Positions 28,101 through 39,951 of a stretch of DNA of 64,000 nt are shown here, one piece after another. The DNA is from Botryllus schlosseri (taxonomy: Eukaryota), in NCBI GenBank assembly GCA_051294905.1, contig CM119373.1, positions 3,660,001 to 3,724,000 of the forward strand, given 5' to 3'. The position numbers and the translations under genes are program-made. The notes under the pieces are model-generated. The model ran no database searches. It was not told the DNA's origin and was given only the letters and a program-made list of their open reading frames with translations. Each line of letters opens with the position of its first letter. Within the stretch, counting starts at the first letter, position 1.

Positions 28101-31100
28101 CATTGTTAAGTTTTTATAAATATCATCGAAACATGCGATGTTTTTTGGCCAGAGGTTCTCAACCGCTGGTCATGTACAAGTTTTCTGCCGGTCCACCAAA
28201 TGTATAGGCATTCAATATCTAAATCCTAAAATGCAAGTCGGACGCTTGTCCATTACCTATAGAAATAACTATCAAACTATATATTGATTTATAGTTTTTG
28301 ACCATATTTTTCTGCAAAGTGTCGTAATAGAGAGTTATGGTCTGCTTCGAGCGTCCTTTACGAACGTGCCAGCGTTGTACGAAACTATTTCAAAGTTGCC
28401 TACAGCTCCTTTCGAACAAGTTATATGTTCAAGCTGTGGAGATTTTTCAGCAAGTAGTTCATATCGATATGGAGAATTTTACGATTTTGGCAACATGCGA
28501 TGTTATCTCCAGAGTTTTATGTCTTCAAAATTGCTACTTCTATTCGTAACTGGCTTAAATTTACAGCATTAATTCTACTCGATACCAAATCTGGCTGGTT
28601 TGACCACTTCTGTGCGAAAACGGCATTATTATATGGTAATTTATGACGTGTCTTTCCCACAGCTCCATATAGCTTATCCCAAACGGAAAGCGAAACAGCC
28701 AGAGACGAGGGAGGAGTCACAACGGCAGTGCCGGATGGGACGAGCTATGCCACATCTTTGGACGTAACGTCATCAACAACAGAGGATGGCGTTTCACATT
28801 CCAGTTCGTATATTTATTTCTTGTAGAAACATGACGATTTTTTGTAGCAGTCTTTAGTTTAGTATTTGTTTGGTTTAGTCGGTGCTGAACTGAGTTGCTA
28901 GTTATTTTCATGATTCATGACCCAAGCTTGAGTAGGGTCAATTTCGTTCGAGCGAGATACCATTTAAGTTTGTCACAACTGATTTGCGTGAGATATGCTG
29001 ATGATGGATGTTTGTGTGACAAATAACATTATTCAACAAATTTTCAAAAGTTGATTGCTTCCGATAACAAAATGGTCGATTCTTATCAATTTTTAGACAC
29101 TGAATTAAAAAATGGCAATTACAATTGCTGATTAGCGCTAGTTTTAAAAAAATTTGTCTCATAATGAGTTTTTTACAAGAGCACGCTGAAAAATAGGAGA
29201 TTTGTAATAGAACTGGCTGAACAAAGAATGAAACCGACTGCTGCGAGGGCACTATACTATAGTGCAGGGGTTGGAAACCTATTGCTCGCGAGCCAAATAT
29301 GGCTCTTTGGGGTTTTAAGATATGTCTCTTTGCCAAATTTTCATTTTTGTTACTACTTTATCAACATCGCAGCAGTTTTTTAGTAAGTTTTCATCATGGT
29401 CAGAAGAATTATTCTCGTGGAGGCTTAGACATGTGTTTGAAAGGTCAAGAGAGCGGCGTATTCAGTGTTATGGGCTCGGGGCTCCCTTTTCAAAATCCCC
29501 AAATTTAAATTGCTCTCTCGTCGGATACCAATATAACTCGCGAATTCGATGTACCCGACATCGTGCACCTTGAAATTGTGGATAGTACAATATGTTGATT
29601 GATCAAAGAGAATAGCAGACATGGCGACGCCTGTATGAGGATGCAGTTTTCAAATACACATTGTCTGCCTGATCTAAGGCAAGAAACATTACAAACAACG
29701 CCATGACTATCCACGTTCATGATTGGTAAGTAGCTTTGTAGTACTGCTGTTAAAATGTAGGCGTGTAGCGCAACGTTATGTTACTGCAGAATAATTCTTG
29801 GATTGAGAAGTTGACCAATATTTAGATTATTACTTATTTAATTCATTCTCAGTTATTCACGATAAATTGCACTATCACAGGTGCGACTTGGCCCGTCTGT
29901 GCCTTACCTCTCCTTCCGCAGTCTATTTTCGAACAATATAGCTGCAAATTGGGTGATATTGGGAGTAAAAATGTTAAAAATATCCTCATTCATGAACATC
30001 GATAGAAAATGCCAGTATCAGTGGAAGGTTTCACAGTTTTCCTTCCCTCTCCCTGACGACAGGTGAGGCATCGTCACTGACGTATCTCACCTTACAGTGG
30101 GTATGCACTGCTGTGGTTACCATGTTTGGCTCCACCTACACATGTGATCAGTGGTCCTCGCATTCAAAAAAAGCTCCGAGACGAACCTACGATGACCGAC
30201 AAAAGTCTCAAATTTTGTATGAAGCTTGTCCTCACCAATTATCAACCGGACTATCAAAGCCTTCAGAAATACCATGCAACACCGACAGACGCCATATGCG
30301 CAGCCAGAAAGGAGCCAAAGGGGCCAAAATGCACACCAAGCAGATGGAGTTTTAGCCATCACAAAGTGACATGCTAGAAAAATCGCCGGTGATAGAACAT
30401 TGAACGGAGATCGCGCCGAATGGTCTTGTCCTTGCAATCAGAGTCTCGTGGTATCAATGCGACCGGCAATGGGAAATATTAGGCCCCGTAATTGAATGCA
30501 AATTGGGAGTTGTTCGATTCTCAAATAAAAGTATCTATTGCAATTTGTTTTGGTACGTGTGAGCAATCTTTTTTGGGCGACAATTTTCTACGGCGGTCAC
30601 CAAATACCAGCATGCTTAAACTAAGTACTAGTTGTTGACGATTACCCCTGACCGGTGTCAGCCGAAAATATTCGGGTTCGTTTCAATATGAATATACTAT
30701 TCAATTAAACTGAGTATTTATTACTATTGGCCGCCTGACGCTCCTCCTCCAGAAACTCGTGAATAACGACTGACCTCGTGGCATGAACAGGTCAAGATGC
30801 TTAATTACGTGCCTTCTAAAAATCTGATATTGATAGGGTATATGCAATATCCAAGTGACAAATTCATCCACCAACTTTAAAATTCTTTCGCGCCTGGCGC
30901 GGAAGTATTGGCACTCTGATTTTCCATAACATTGGTAATATGCCTGTGGGTGGAAGTTACGTAAAAAGATCCCCCAGAAGTTGTGTTATTGACCCAATAC
31001 GGGCCCAAGACCGGCGTTTTTACGGCATTTTTCTATATCTTCATGAGGGGTTTGTATCTCAGCAAATTTTTCGTCCTCCAAGATTAAATATCTTTTGGGC

Positions 31101-31759
31101 TACGCCCTCGACTCGAAACCCCAGGCTTTAGAAACGCCGATTCAATCAATAATATTTTAGCACATTTGCAATTCAGCAATTTGTTCAGTAATTGGTAATT
31201 CAGTATTTATCAGTTTTAGAGGTCGTGAGTTATGGTTCTAGTACAGGTTTTCAGAAATGAGTAGTTCTAGTTCTAGTTGCTAGTTTTGAAAAGTGAGTGC
31301 TTCTAGTTTTAACTCTAGTCGCACATTTTAAAAATCCGGTAGTTTGTACAAGTCTGGTTCTCCATGGGAGACCCTTAGCAAATTTATCGTTGAATATGAT
31401 TTACGAACATCAAACTCTTTCAGATCAAGACTCATCGACAGACAAAGAGCCCGTGACAGTCAAAGAGCTCGTGACAGACAAAGAGCTACTGACAACAACT
31501 AAAAAGCCATACTCAAACTTGACCGCTGGTCAAATCGCCGGTATCACTATACCCATATTACTCATCATAACTCTTGTGGTGTAAGAAGATGATAATATTG
31601 CCTTGGAAAAAGATATGAGTACATAATTTCTGTCTTTGCAGCGTAGCGGTGATACTGTACAGAAGCAGAAACAAAGAAGTTTATCACCATGAAAAAATGG
31701 TACATGCCGACGAAGAACAACAAATTGGCGAACAGGACAAACTAGCTACTTCCGTATAG
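22177..31759 (+). CDS. Receptor array copy 4 (subfamily A), ~320 aa type I membrane protein
   Basis: Exons 22177-22234, 23359-23568, 24622-24900, 28663-28803, 31424-31580, 31642-31759; all GT-AG and open. Signal MHQIAKYEVIFLLCILIKS; TM GQIAGITIPILLIITLVVVAVILY; tail ends EQDKLATSV*. Confidence 0.87.
22598..23156. mobile_element. hAT MITE in intron 1 of copy 4
   Basis: TIRs caagggcgtag / ctacgcccctg; perfect TSD gcttcata. The empty site gcttaata is present in copy 3 at ~13995. Confidence 0.85.
24977..28095. mobile_element. Nested transposon stack in intron 3 of copy 4
   Basis: Outer Charlie-like element (cagtggttccc / gagaaccactg) contains a long-inverted-repeat element 25399-28013. That element contains a hAT at 25725-26207 (TSD ataatcac) and a Charlie MITE at 26297-27382 (TSD ttatagat), which contains a hAT at 26520-27216 (TSD gttattac). 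Confidence 0.82.
29264..30380 (+). mobile_element. Decayed Charlie/Buster-type hAT with a transposase C-terminal remnant
   Basis: Left end caggggttggaaacc...ctcgcgagcc. Frameshifted MFGSTYTCDQ and MTDKSLKFCMKLVLTNYQPDYQSL resemble Buster/GTF2IRD2-type C-termini. A related copy lies at ~40324-41110. The right end is not defined. Confidence 0.65.
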
Positions 31760-33956
31760 TTGAAAGCTGCAGACTCAACAGCACAGTGTGGATAATTTAA
31801 CTTTTGTCTTGACGTTACCATAACTCTGATGCTGAAAACATGGAAAGTCGACAACAATACCTGGAACATTCCGATCGAACTTTTTTCGACTCGTTGTCCC
31901 CTTATCAAGCTCGACAAATATTTATCCCCGCCAACAATTTCGGATCCGAGGAAGAGGTCATGTAAACAGGAAAATTGTACAGCTGACTCTAACCGCTGGT
32001 AAATTGACTAAAAAAAGGTCAACTTATCCCGATATCAGAGGATAGTTTGTGGCGAGTTGACCATTCTTTTACTCAACTTTCGTGGCAGTTCGAGAATAAC
32101 CCGTTTTTTCACATGTATTTTGTGCCAGAATTCGGTTGCCGGGTAAATCAATATATCAGACTGAACGTTCTAACATTTTTGCCCCCCTATCGCCCCCTCC
32201 GTAAGACAATATCCCTCTGCCTCTAAGTATAATATACATTGTATATGTACTTATTCCAGCTTTACTTCTAGAAATTAGCTTCATTTTGTTTGTTTGTTTG
32301 TTTGGGGATTGAATCCTTATATTTCGGGGTGAGAAAAATCGAGTAACTGAGTGATTGGATTTTGAATCAAGCATTCGAGTTCCACATATTCTGACGTCGT
32401 AGCAATATGGATAATTTGGAAAGTTCAAATATACACCTTTTACAAGACCAGAAATTAAATGATGCCAAGTATACCACTTATCAAAGATAATTTGGAGCTC
32501 ATTCGACCGTACGTTTTTTTATTGCCCTTTGTGACAATGCTACGGGTCGAGAACTATATTATAAAAATTTTGTTCCCTTCAAGGTGTAGTTTCTGCAAAA
32601 TGATAATCATTATTTCGAGGCTCCAAAGGTAGGAGGAAATATCGAAACCGCAATTCTCGTTATTATTAATATCCTTATGGCATGGAAGGTACAATAAATA
32701 ATACTCGAATAGTAGTGCGCAGGCCTAGTAATATTCACAATTGTTTTGATCGGCATCCAGATTCAGTGGCGAGTGTATATATTTCCTATGTGAATGCTAC
32801 AACCAATACCTAAATTCCAAGCTGCCAGTTGGTAAATATTTGTGAGTGTGGAGTCACTTTTTCACGATGGATTAAGTGTCTCAAGTACAATACATATACT
32901 ATTATCTTTTGAATATGAAGAATGTCCAAGAAAAAGTATTGAACCGCATAGTAGTTAATGGTGGCAGCATTGCATATAACACTGGAACAAATTTGATTGG
33001 TTTCAATAAATTCTATTTATTGAATTATACTTATTTAGGAAGGTTTGTATTGAAAGTTGCAGTTGGAAATGACTAATTTGGAAGAAAATTGTAGGACAGG
33101 ACAGATCGATGTTAAAGACACAAAGTATTGATACAAAAAGTGATGCTTTCAATAGAAATTTTGATCAACCTAAGATTAGACAGCAAAAACTAACGAGGTA
33201 GTATAACTGAATATGCTATCACAGACTCTGATAGTGTATCTTAAATGAAATACTGACAATCTTTGAACACCACAGAGCACACCTTACCCAAAAGTTCTGA
33301 GTCACAAACAGCGTGTGTGGAGTTGCCACAGTGATTAAGTGTTCAGAGTCATCATCTCCCAGCAACTTTACACCGGATGATCACAACAGTACACAATGAC
33401 CCGGACTTGGGACAGGCATTGGTTTGCTAGCCCGCAAGCTTGCATATCACTATGAAGAGTATTCGGGTATATAATTGTAAAGATGTTTGTCGTATTAGAC
33501 CTATGAGATCTGTGTTGGCAGTGTGTGACAACCATGTATGTATCAATATCAATATCAATGTCAACACATTTATCCATGAATCTCTTTACTTTCTGAGATA
33601 TCTGGGCCATGGCACAGTGGGTTATCTCTGATACACACAAATATGATGTTATTATAATCAACATCAAATTGCGCGGTAACCGGGAGCGATAACGTAATCA
33701 AACTTTGTATTAGGGGTTGAGTAAATCAGGAAATCGCTTCCGGACATAAATCCGCGGTTGGAATCAACATGATGACATATACACAGGAAGAGGCTGGTAA
33801 TCATCATTATCCTAATCACACAACGGGAGATAAATGACCGTATTTTTCGAGAGAGAGTGTGTGCTCTTCGTCTGCCGAAAATCAGGGATTCATTTTTGCG
33901 TAATCATCAACGCCTGTCAGATTCAGTTTCAAAGAAGAGACAGGCAGCCTCTGAGA

Positions 33957-36900
33957 ATGCATCATATTTCAAAATATGGATATGTCATACTTCTTCTGAT
34001 CTGCCTTCAAACCGGTAATAATTGCATGGTTTGCGCATCTATGATAGGACGCTGTGATATCACATCAAGTGCAATAAACGATGCAAGCAATAGCTAACTT
34101 TCGGTAATCGTTATGATAGCTAGAACATTCGTACCAGTACAGAGTGAGCGAAAAATACAGTTTCTGTGAAGATGTCAGATCACAGCAATCGCTCACATGA
34201 TGCTGGCAGATTTAAGTGTAGATCTGAAAATTATAGCCTCCCAAAGGCTAGTTAGTAGATTTGAGATTTTCAGAGAGGAATTTGGCCTTTGGATTGTAAA
34301 GGAAGGTAGGGCTGCATCTGCAATGAATTCTAGTTATTAGTATGACATATTACATGCTGATTATTTGATCACATGAGATAAAAAACGGAAACCAGTGGGG
34401 TAAGGGGAAATGACAGAATGCACTACTGTTCGTGTGATACACATATGACATGTACCAGTACATAAATGTCATTGTCTTGTTCCAACGGAATAAATAAAAA
34501 CCAAGGGTTGAACGGAGTGAGATGCAAGGCTTCAAAATACATTTTTCACAGGTCTCTAGAATGTCTGTGACCTGCCCACACCTGTGACCGAGTCACAAGG
34601 TTCTGAGTCACTAGTCCGTCCAACGTTTATTAGTTTCGACTCGAGTCAAGGCGAGTCATTTTCCATCGACTATAGTTTCAAGCCCAAGTCATGGAGCGGA
34701 GGGTCGAGTCCGAGTTATTGTATTGACACTCCGAGTTGACTAGACTTGACTCTAGTCAATTTTTAAAATGTGTTAAATGACTCGACTCGTGTCAATTTTT
34801 GTATTGATTCGACTTGAAATCGAGTCATTGTGCATGAATCAAACCAAGTCATCAACAACACTATGACTCGGACTCGACCCTCCACTCACTGACTTGGACT
34901 CGGACTTGACTCGGTGGTGAATAGAAAATGACTCGACTTGACTCGAGTCAAAACTATAAAAGTGGGATTGACTTGCGACTCGGAACCAGGTGACTGGGTT
35001 ACAACCCTGCGAGTCAGTCACGACTCGAGTCACTGCAATCCTGAACCTGCCTTATCAAGACTCAGACACAAATCACCGCGTCTAATATACATTTAGGCCT
35101 ATAAAAGTAATATTTTTTCAGCAACGGGTATCTTACAAAGGACTGGCGACACTTGCTCGGACAGCACGATCACAGAATTTAACAAATTGAGTGGAGAATT
35201 ATATGTTAAAGATGAAACCCCAAACGATTGTGATTGGATTGTCAACTGGCCAGCCGATACGCCAGTCGATGCGATAATCATGCGTATCAATCATGTGTGG
35301 ATCGACTGTGGCACAGGATACCTAAGATTTAAAGACAGTCAAGGTATTGATAGGTGCTGACAATGCTACACTAGTGCAATGCTTGGTGTAACTGAGAAAT
35401 AGTAACAATAAGTCATGTGCCTCCTGTTTCAATACAACAATAATTTCAAATACAAATTACAGAAGCCATGTAGCGTTGCATAAAAATTGCTCAAGTAGAA
35501 TTGTAGGTAATTCAAAAGCATACATACTTGACATAACCTACTGGAATACTCCAAAAAAGTAGGAGTACTTCGTTACTGACCACTAGATCTAAGAAAAATA
35601 CTAGAGTACTTGAGTGATTCAATTCCGAATCGAACACCAGCTTCAAGTCAATTCGACTATTGAGTGCCAATCAATATGATTAGTTTGGAAAGTTCAATTA
35701 TGCACCTTTCATGAGACCGCAAAGAATCCCAGGTGCCAGACAAGATCAGGTATTGTTTAGTGCCGCAAATGTGAATGTTTGTTTTCAAAGTTCGGTTGAT
35801 ATGAATCAGTGGTTCTCAACCTTCTCTCAGTGCAGTGGTGATCAACACACAGTATTGTCACTAAGTGCAATGAAATTGGTATGGTCGAAAAAATAACCTC
35901 AAGTGTGATGTATAACTGACATCATATTCTTTGTGGTCGCATAAAGGTGCCAATTTGAACTTTCCAGCCCAGCCCCAATACTGACCACCTCCGCACACAT
36001 ACTAACGCGTAATCTTCTCCAATTAGGCGACGGTTGCGGCATATGCGAGACCGCGGAATTAGAGGACTCAACGGAATACTGTCAAATATATGCCAACGGA
36101 GAAGTATGCACTGAGGAAGAAATATGGGAGGCCACACACACATACTTCCCGGATTGCACAAAAACCGTTATTCACCGCAGCCTAAACACTATGTCAGTGC
36201 ATTTGGTAACGGATGACAGGCGTTTTCGGGAATTCACTCTGGAATATCAGCTGCACGCTTGCAAAGGACCGGGTGACCGGCTGACAGCATTGCTCGGTTC
36301 GGGTCCAGCGGTATCCAATAAGATATCTGCATTGGATCGGCTGGAGGATAGCTGTCCTGTCGTGGTAAGCTCACAACACAGCATGGTCGAGACATCACCC
36401 TCCCCTGACGCGAGTACAGTTAGTGTGACAACGTATGCTGATGAGCTCATAACAAGTCCTCAAACATATACCGAAGTAGCCAGGTCAAGTGCACATATGT
36501 ATGCCAAAGAAGATATCACAACAGTGCTGACATATACCGATGAAGCAAAGGCAAGTATACATATGCATACCAATGAAGATACAGCAAGCGTGCATATGCC
36601 TACCAATGAAAGCAGGGCGAATACACAAAAAACACCATCAAATGACGTCACGGGCCCAACATCGAACCAGGGTGATGCAGCTGATTCCAAGAATACTAAC
36701 ACAGGTAAGAACCAGGTAATGCCATGCATGGCCAGGGCCATCATGACAGCGCAGTAAGCACTTTGCTCTACTCTATCATGATTATGATTACAGGAAAATC
36801 GCAAAGTGACTGATGATCATTGCTTGACTGCATGTATAACAACAACATCAACTTTGCCATAGTAGTTAAAAGCATACAATGATATACTCAATAATAATTT

Positions 36901-38832
36901 ATAATTGCAATTCTAAACTAATTTAGTAAAGCTGTGTAGCTAATCATAATCTAATTTGTCAAAACTGCTTATTTATAATTCGAATTCGAATCTAAGTTGG
37001 TAAAAACTGTGTAGCTATAATTCTAATCTAATTTGGAAAGACTATACAAGTCTAACCATAATCTAATTTGTCAAAATTGTTTATTTATAATTTGAATTCT
37101 AAGCTAATTTGGTAAAAACCGCGTAGCAATAATTCTAATATGATTTGGAAAAACTATATGTGTATAATTCCAATTCTAATCTAATTTGGAAAAACTGTAT
37201 ATTTATAATTCCATTTATAATCTAATTTGGTGAAAATCTGTGCAGCTATAGTTCTAATTCTACTTTCAAAAGGGTGAAAATTATCAAGTTGTCCCAAGTC
37301 TGCACATTTCAAAATGATGCGTCCAGCGGACATGTATGTTCTAAAATCAAAACACTAATCTACCACCGTTACATGGTTAACGCAGGTCAGCGACGAAGAG
37401 ACCAAGCGGAACGAGCCTTGAGAGAGTGGAAGTTATGTTGGATCCCTGTGATAATCCTCGCAATACTGCTGACTCTCAGCGTTTTGATGCATATTGTTAT
37501 GCTCTGCAAAAGGTAGGAGGCGATCCTTCCATGCCAGTGGTTCTCAACTTGTTTAGCCATACAATGGGAGTGAAAATTTTCAAGACTTGACCAGTTAATC
37601 TTAATTCAGAGACCTCTCCTGGTCGGTGATCGCATCAGTGAAAATCTAGCATCAGTTTGTGGATGGTCTTACGCAATTACAACAATTAAAATCGTGATAT
37701 ATTTAGTGACTGCCGTAGTTGGACCTTTTTTCAGCGCATAATAAACTCATTGCAAGTTCAAGAAAATCATTTTTCTTAGACGGCTTCGCGTCCCCCTTCA
37801 GACGCTTTCACGCCCCCCAGTTTGAGAACCACTGCTCTATGCAGACTTGGACAACTAAATAATTCTGGTTGTCTAATTATAGTAATTATAGGGCAATACC
37901 TGTAGTTTAAATCTAGTCTAATTTGTGAAATGCTTCTATGCTGTAATTTTCATCTAATTTCCGTTTTTTCTGAAAAAGCACAAAACACAGCGCAAAACCA
38001 ACCAAGCTAGGTGTACAGTAGAGGTGTTCAAAAATGACTTTTTTTCTCAAATCGTACTGGCTATATGATAAACTTGTTAGGTTACCTAATTTAGGCCTAC
38101 ACACCAAATTTGGTTCAATTCCAACCAGTGGAAGCGGAGTTATTGCCATCGAAAAATTTGGATTTGTATAATATAGTATTTACGGTGAGGCACCACTATC
38201 ATAAATAATTAAAGAATTTGCCACCGTAAATCCTATTTTATTGATAATCCAAATTTTCCAAAGGCAATAACTCCGCTTCCACTGGTTGGAATTGAGCCAA
38301 ATTTGGTGAACATCATTTCTATAGACAAACTAACACGTTCATGGGGTGAACAGAAGAAATTCAATTATTTTTATTATATATTTTCATATAATAGATAGAA
38401 ACTTTCTTCTCCTGTAGCAACGCGGCTGCAGGCAGGAATTGAACCAAATTTGGTGCGTAGGCTTAAATTAAGTAACCTAACAATTTTATCAAGTTGCCGG
38501 TACGATTTGAAAAAAAAGGCATTTTTGAACACCCCTAGTGTACAGGTATTTGCCATCCTCGTGGTTATGAGAGTAAATGCTGATTAGACATGAACTGAAC
38601 TGAATTTTTACTGTCTTTCTTTTTAATTCAACTCGGTTTCCAAGTTCTGGAAATTTGGAAAGACAAGTGTCTCTGTAATTCTGACTTTAATCTAATTTTG
38701 GAAAGCTGAAATTTTTCCAGAGTTGTCCGTCTCCATTTCCATCATCATACGTAACGAATAACACAGAACCCGTTTTTCAGGAGAAAACACATGAAAAAGT
38801 ATCACGTCGGGAAATCATCAAATTTAGCATGA
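33957..38832 (+). CDS. Receptor array copy 5 (subfamily B), ~378 aa type I membrane protein with CUB-like domain and 11-aa repeat stalk
   Basis: Exons 33957-34014, 35122-35343, 36027-36704, 37386-37512, 38781-38832. Signal MHHISKYGYVILLLICLQT; CUB-like TPNDCDWIVNWPADTPVDAIIMRINHVWIDCGTGYLRFKD...MSVHLVTDDRRFREFTLEY; TM WIPVIILAILLTLSVLMHIVML; tail RRKHMKKYHVGKSSNLA*. Confidence 0.85.
36428..36625 (+). repeat. Coding 33-bp (11-aa) repeat, 6 units, stalk of copy 5
   Basis: TTYADELITSP/QTYTEVARSSA/HMYAKEDITTV/LTYTDEAKASI/HMHTNEDTASV/HMPTNESRANT. Confidence 0.8.
38019..38537. mobile_element. hAT MITE with an internal palindrome (gagccaaatttggtg family)
   Basis: TIRs tagaggtgttcaaaaatg / catttttgaacacccta; perfect TSD gtgtacag. 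Relatives lie near 7690-8280, 23770-24340 and 59465-60030. Confidence 0.85.
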
Positions 38833-39951
38833 TGCCGTCATCGGAGGTGACTCCCAAAGGAGTTTCAAAGCAACACAACTCGAGGAACAATTTGAACGCT
38901 AATCTTTAAGAGCATACCCAGTGTGACCCGGCCATTGGGCGTTATCCTAACTTTGTATTTCGCATATTGAATCAATCTGGGATATTTTGTGGCATATTAC
39001 GTGCATGTAGGATGGATCATAACCTACATTTGGTGTAACTTTCACAGAATATAATTTGATTTGTAAATATATCTACTGACAGGACAATGCGTCGAGGTTA
39101 AGATACCTGCGATGCAGGAAATGACACCTCACTTTTTATGTGTATTCACTTACAATAAACTCAATCGACAATGTAGTAACTTCAACGAAACTGGATATAG
39201 CATGTATATTTATGTTCTTCCAGGCCAGAAGATTAGGACTTTGAAACTTTATTGTACCGTGCAAACACAATATAATGCAATACAGAATGAAGCATTTCCT
39301 CAAGTGATTTGGAATCTGTGCAAGACATAGAGCAGCTGCTTAATTCTACCACGCTCACATTAGTATAGATGCCCGGTATGAATGGATTTGATATCTTCTA
39401 ATCTAAGTCCCATATTCAATTTCTTTATACAAAAGTCCATGTTTATATTGTGTGTTAACTAAAGTATGCTATGTCACCAGCTTCAAAATGAAAAGTGATG
39501 ATATTCTAATGTTAAAGTTGCAGTGTGATTTCGCAAAAAACGTGAAACAGATAGAAGGCTTCATTGCTCATATCTGATTCAGTTTCTACACCTACAGTGT
39601 ACAACCTATGAATGTAGCCCACGCATTAACGTTTGAAAGTACGTTTCATGTTCTTAATGCCATCAACTTATCGCGGGCCTGTCAGAATTGCATCTTGATG
39701 CGGATTTTACCACGAGATGTCGAATGCCCAGGTCTGCTCTATGCCGTGACATTATGCCTTGAGACTCAGGATCAATTTCAAGTTGTATGCCATTTTAGTC
39801 TTAGAAAGTACGGGATCAAGGTTTACTAGTGGTAAATGTTATTTAAAAATAGAGAAGGCTTATGATCTGTGGAAGCTAACGAGTTCATTTTTCCGTTTTC
39901 ATAAATGCTCGTCAGATTCATTATCACAGTGTTAATATACAGTCTGTAAGA

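Noticed and set aside
19808..31759. ITIM/ITAM signalling motifs in the tails
   Set aside because: Tyrosines (EVYHNE, EVYHHE, KYHVG, ITYM*) lack a hydrophobic residue at +3.
33368..33667. BED zinc-finger-like peptide (HCQ...NTTN) on the minus strand
   Set aside because: At most a frameshifted transposase relic; too weak to call without a profile search.
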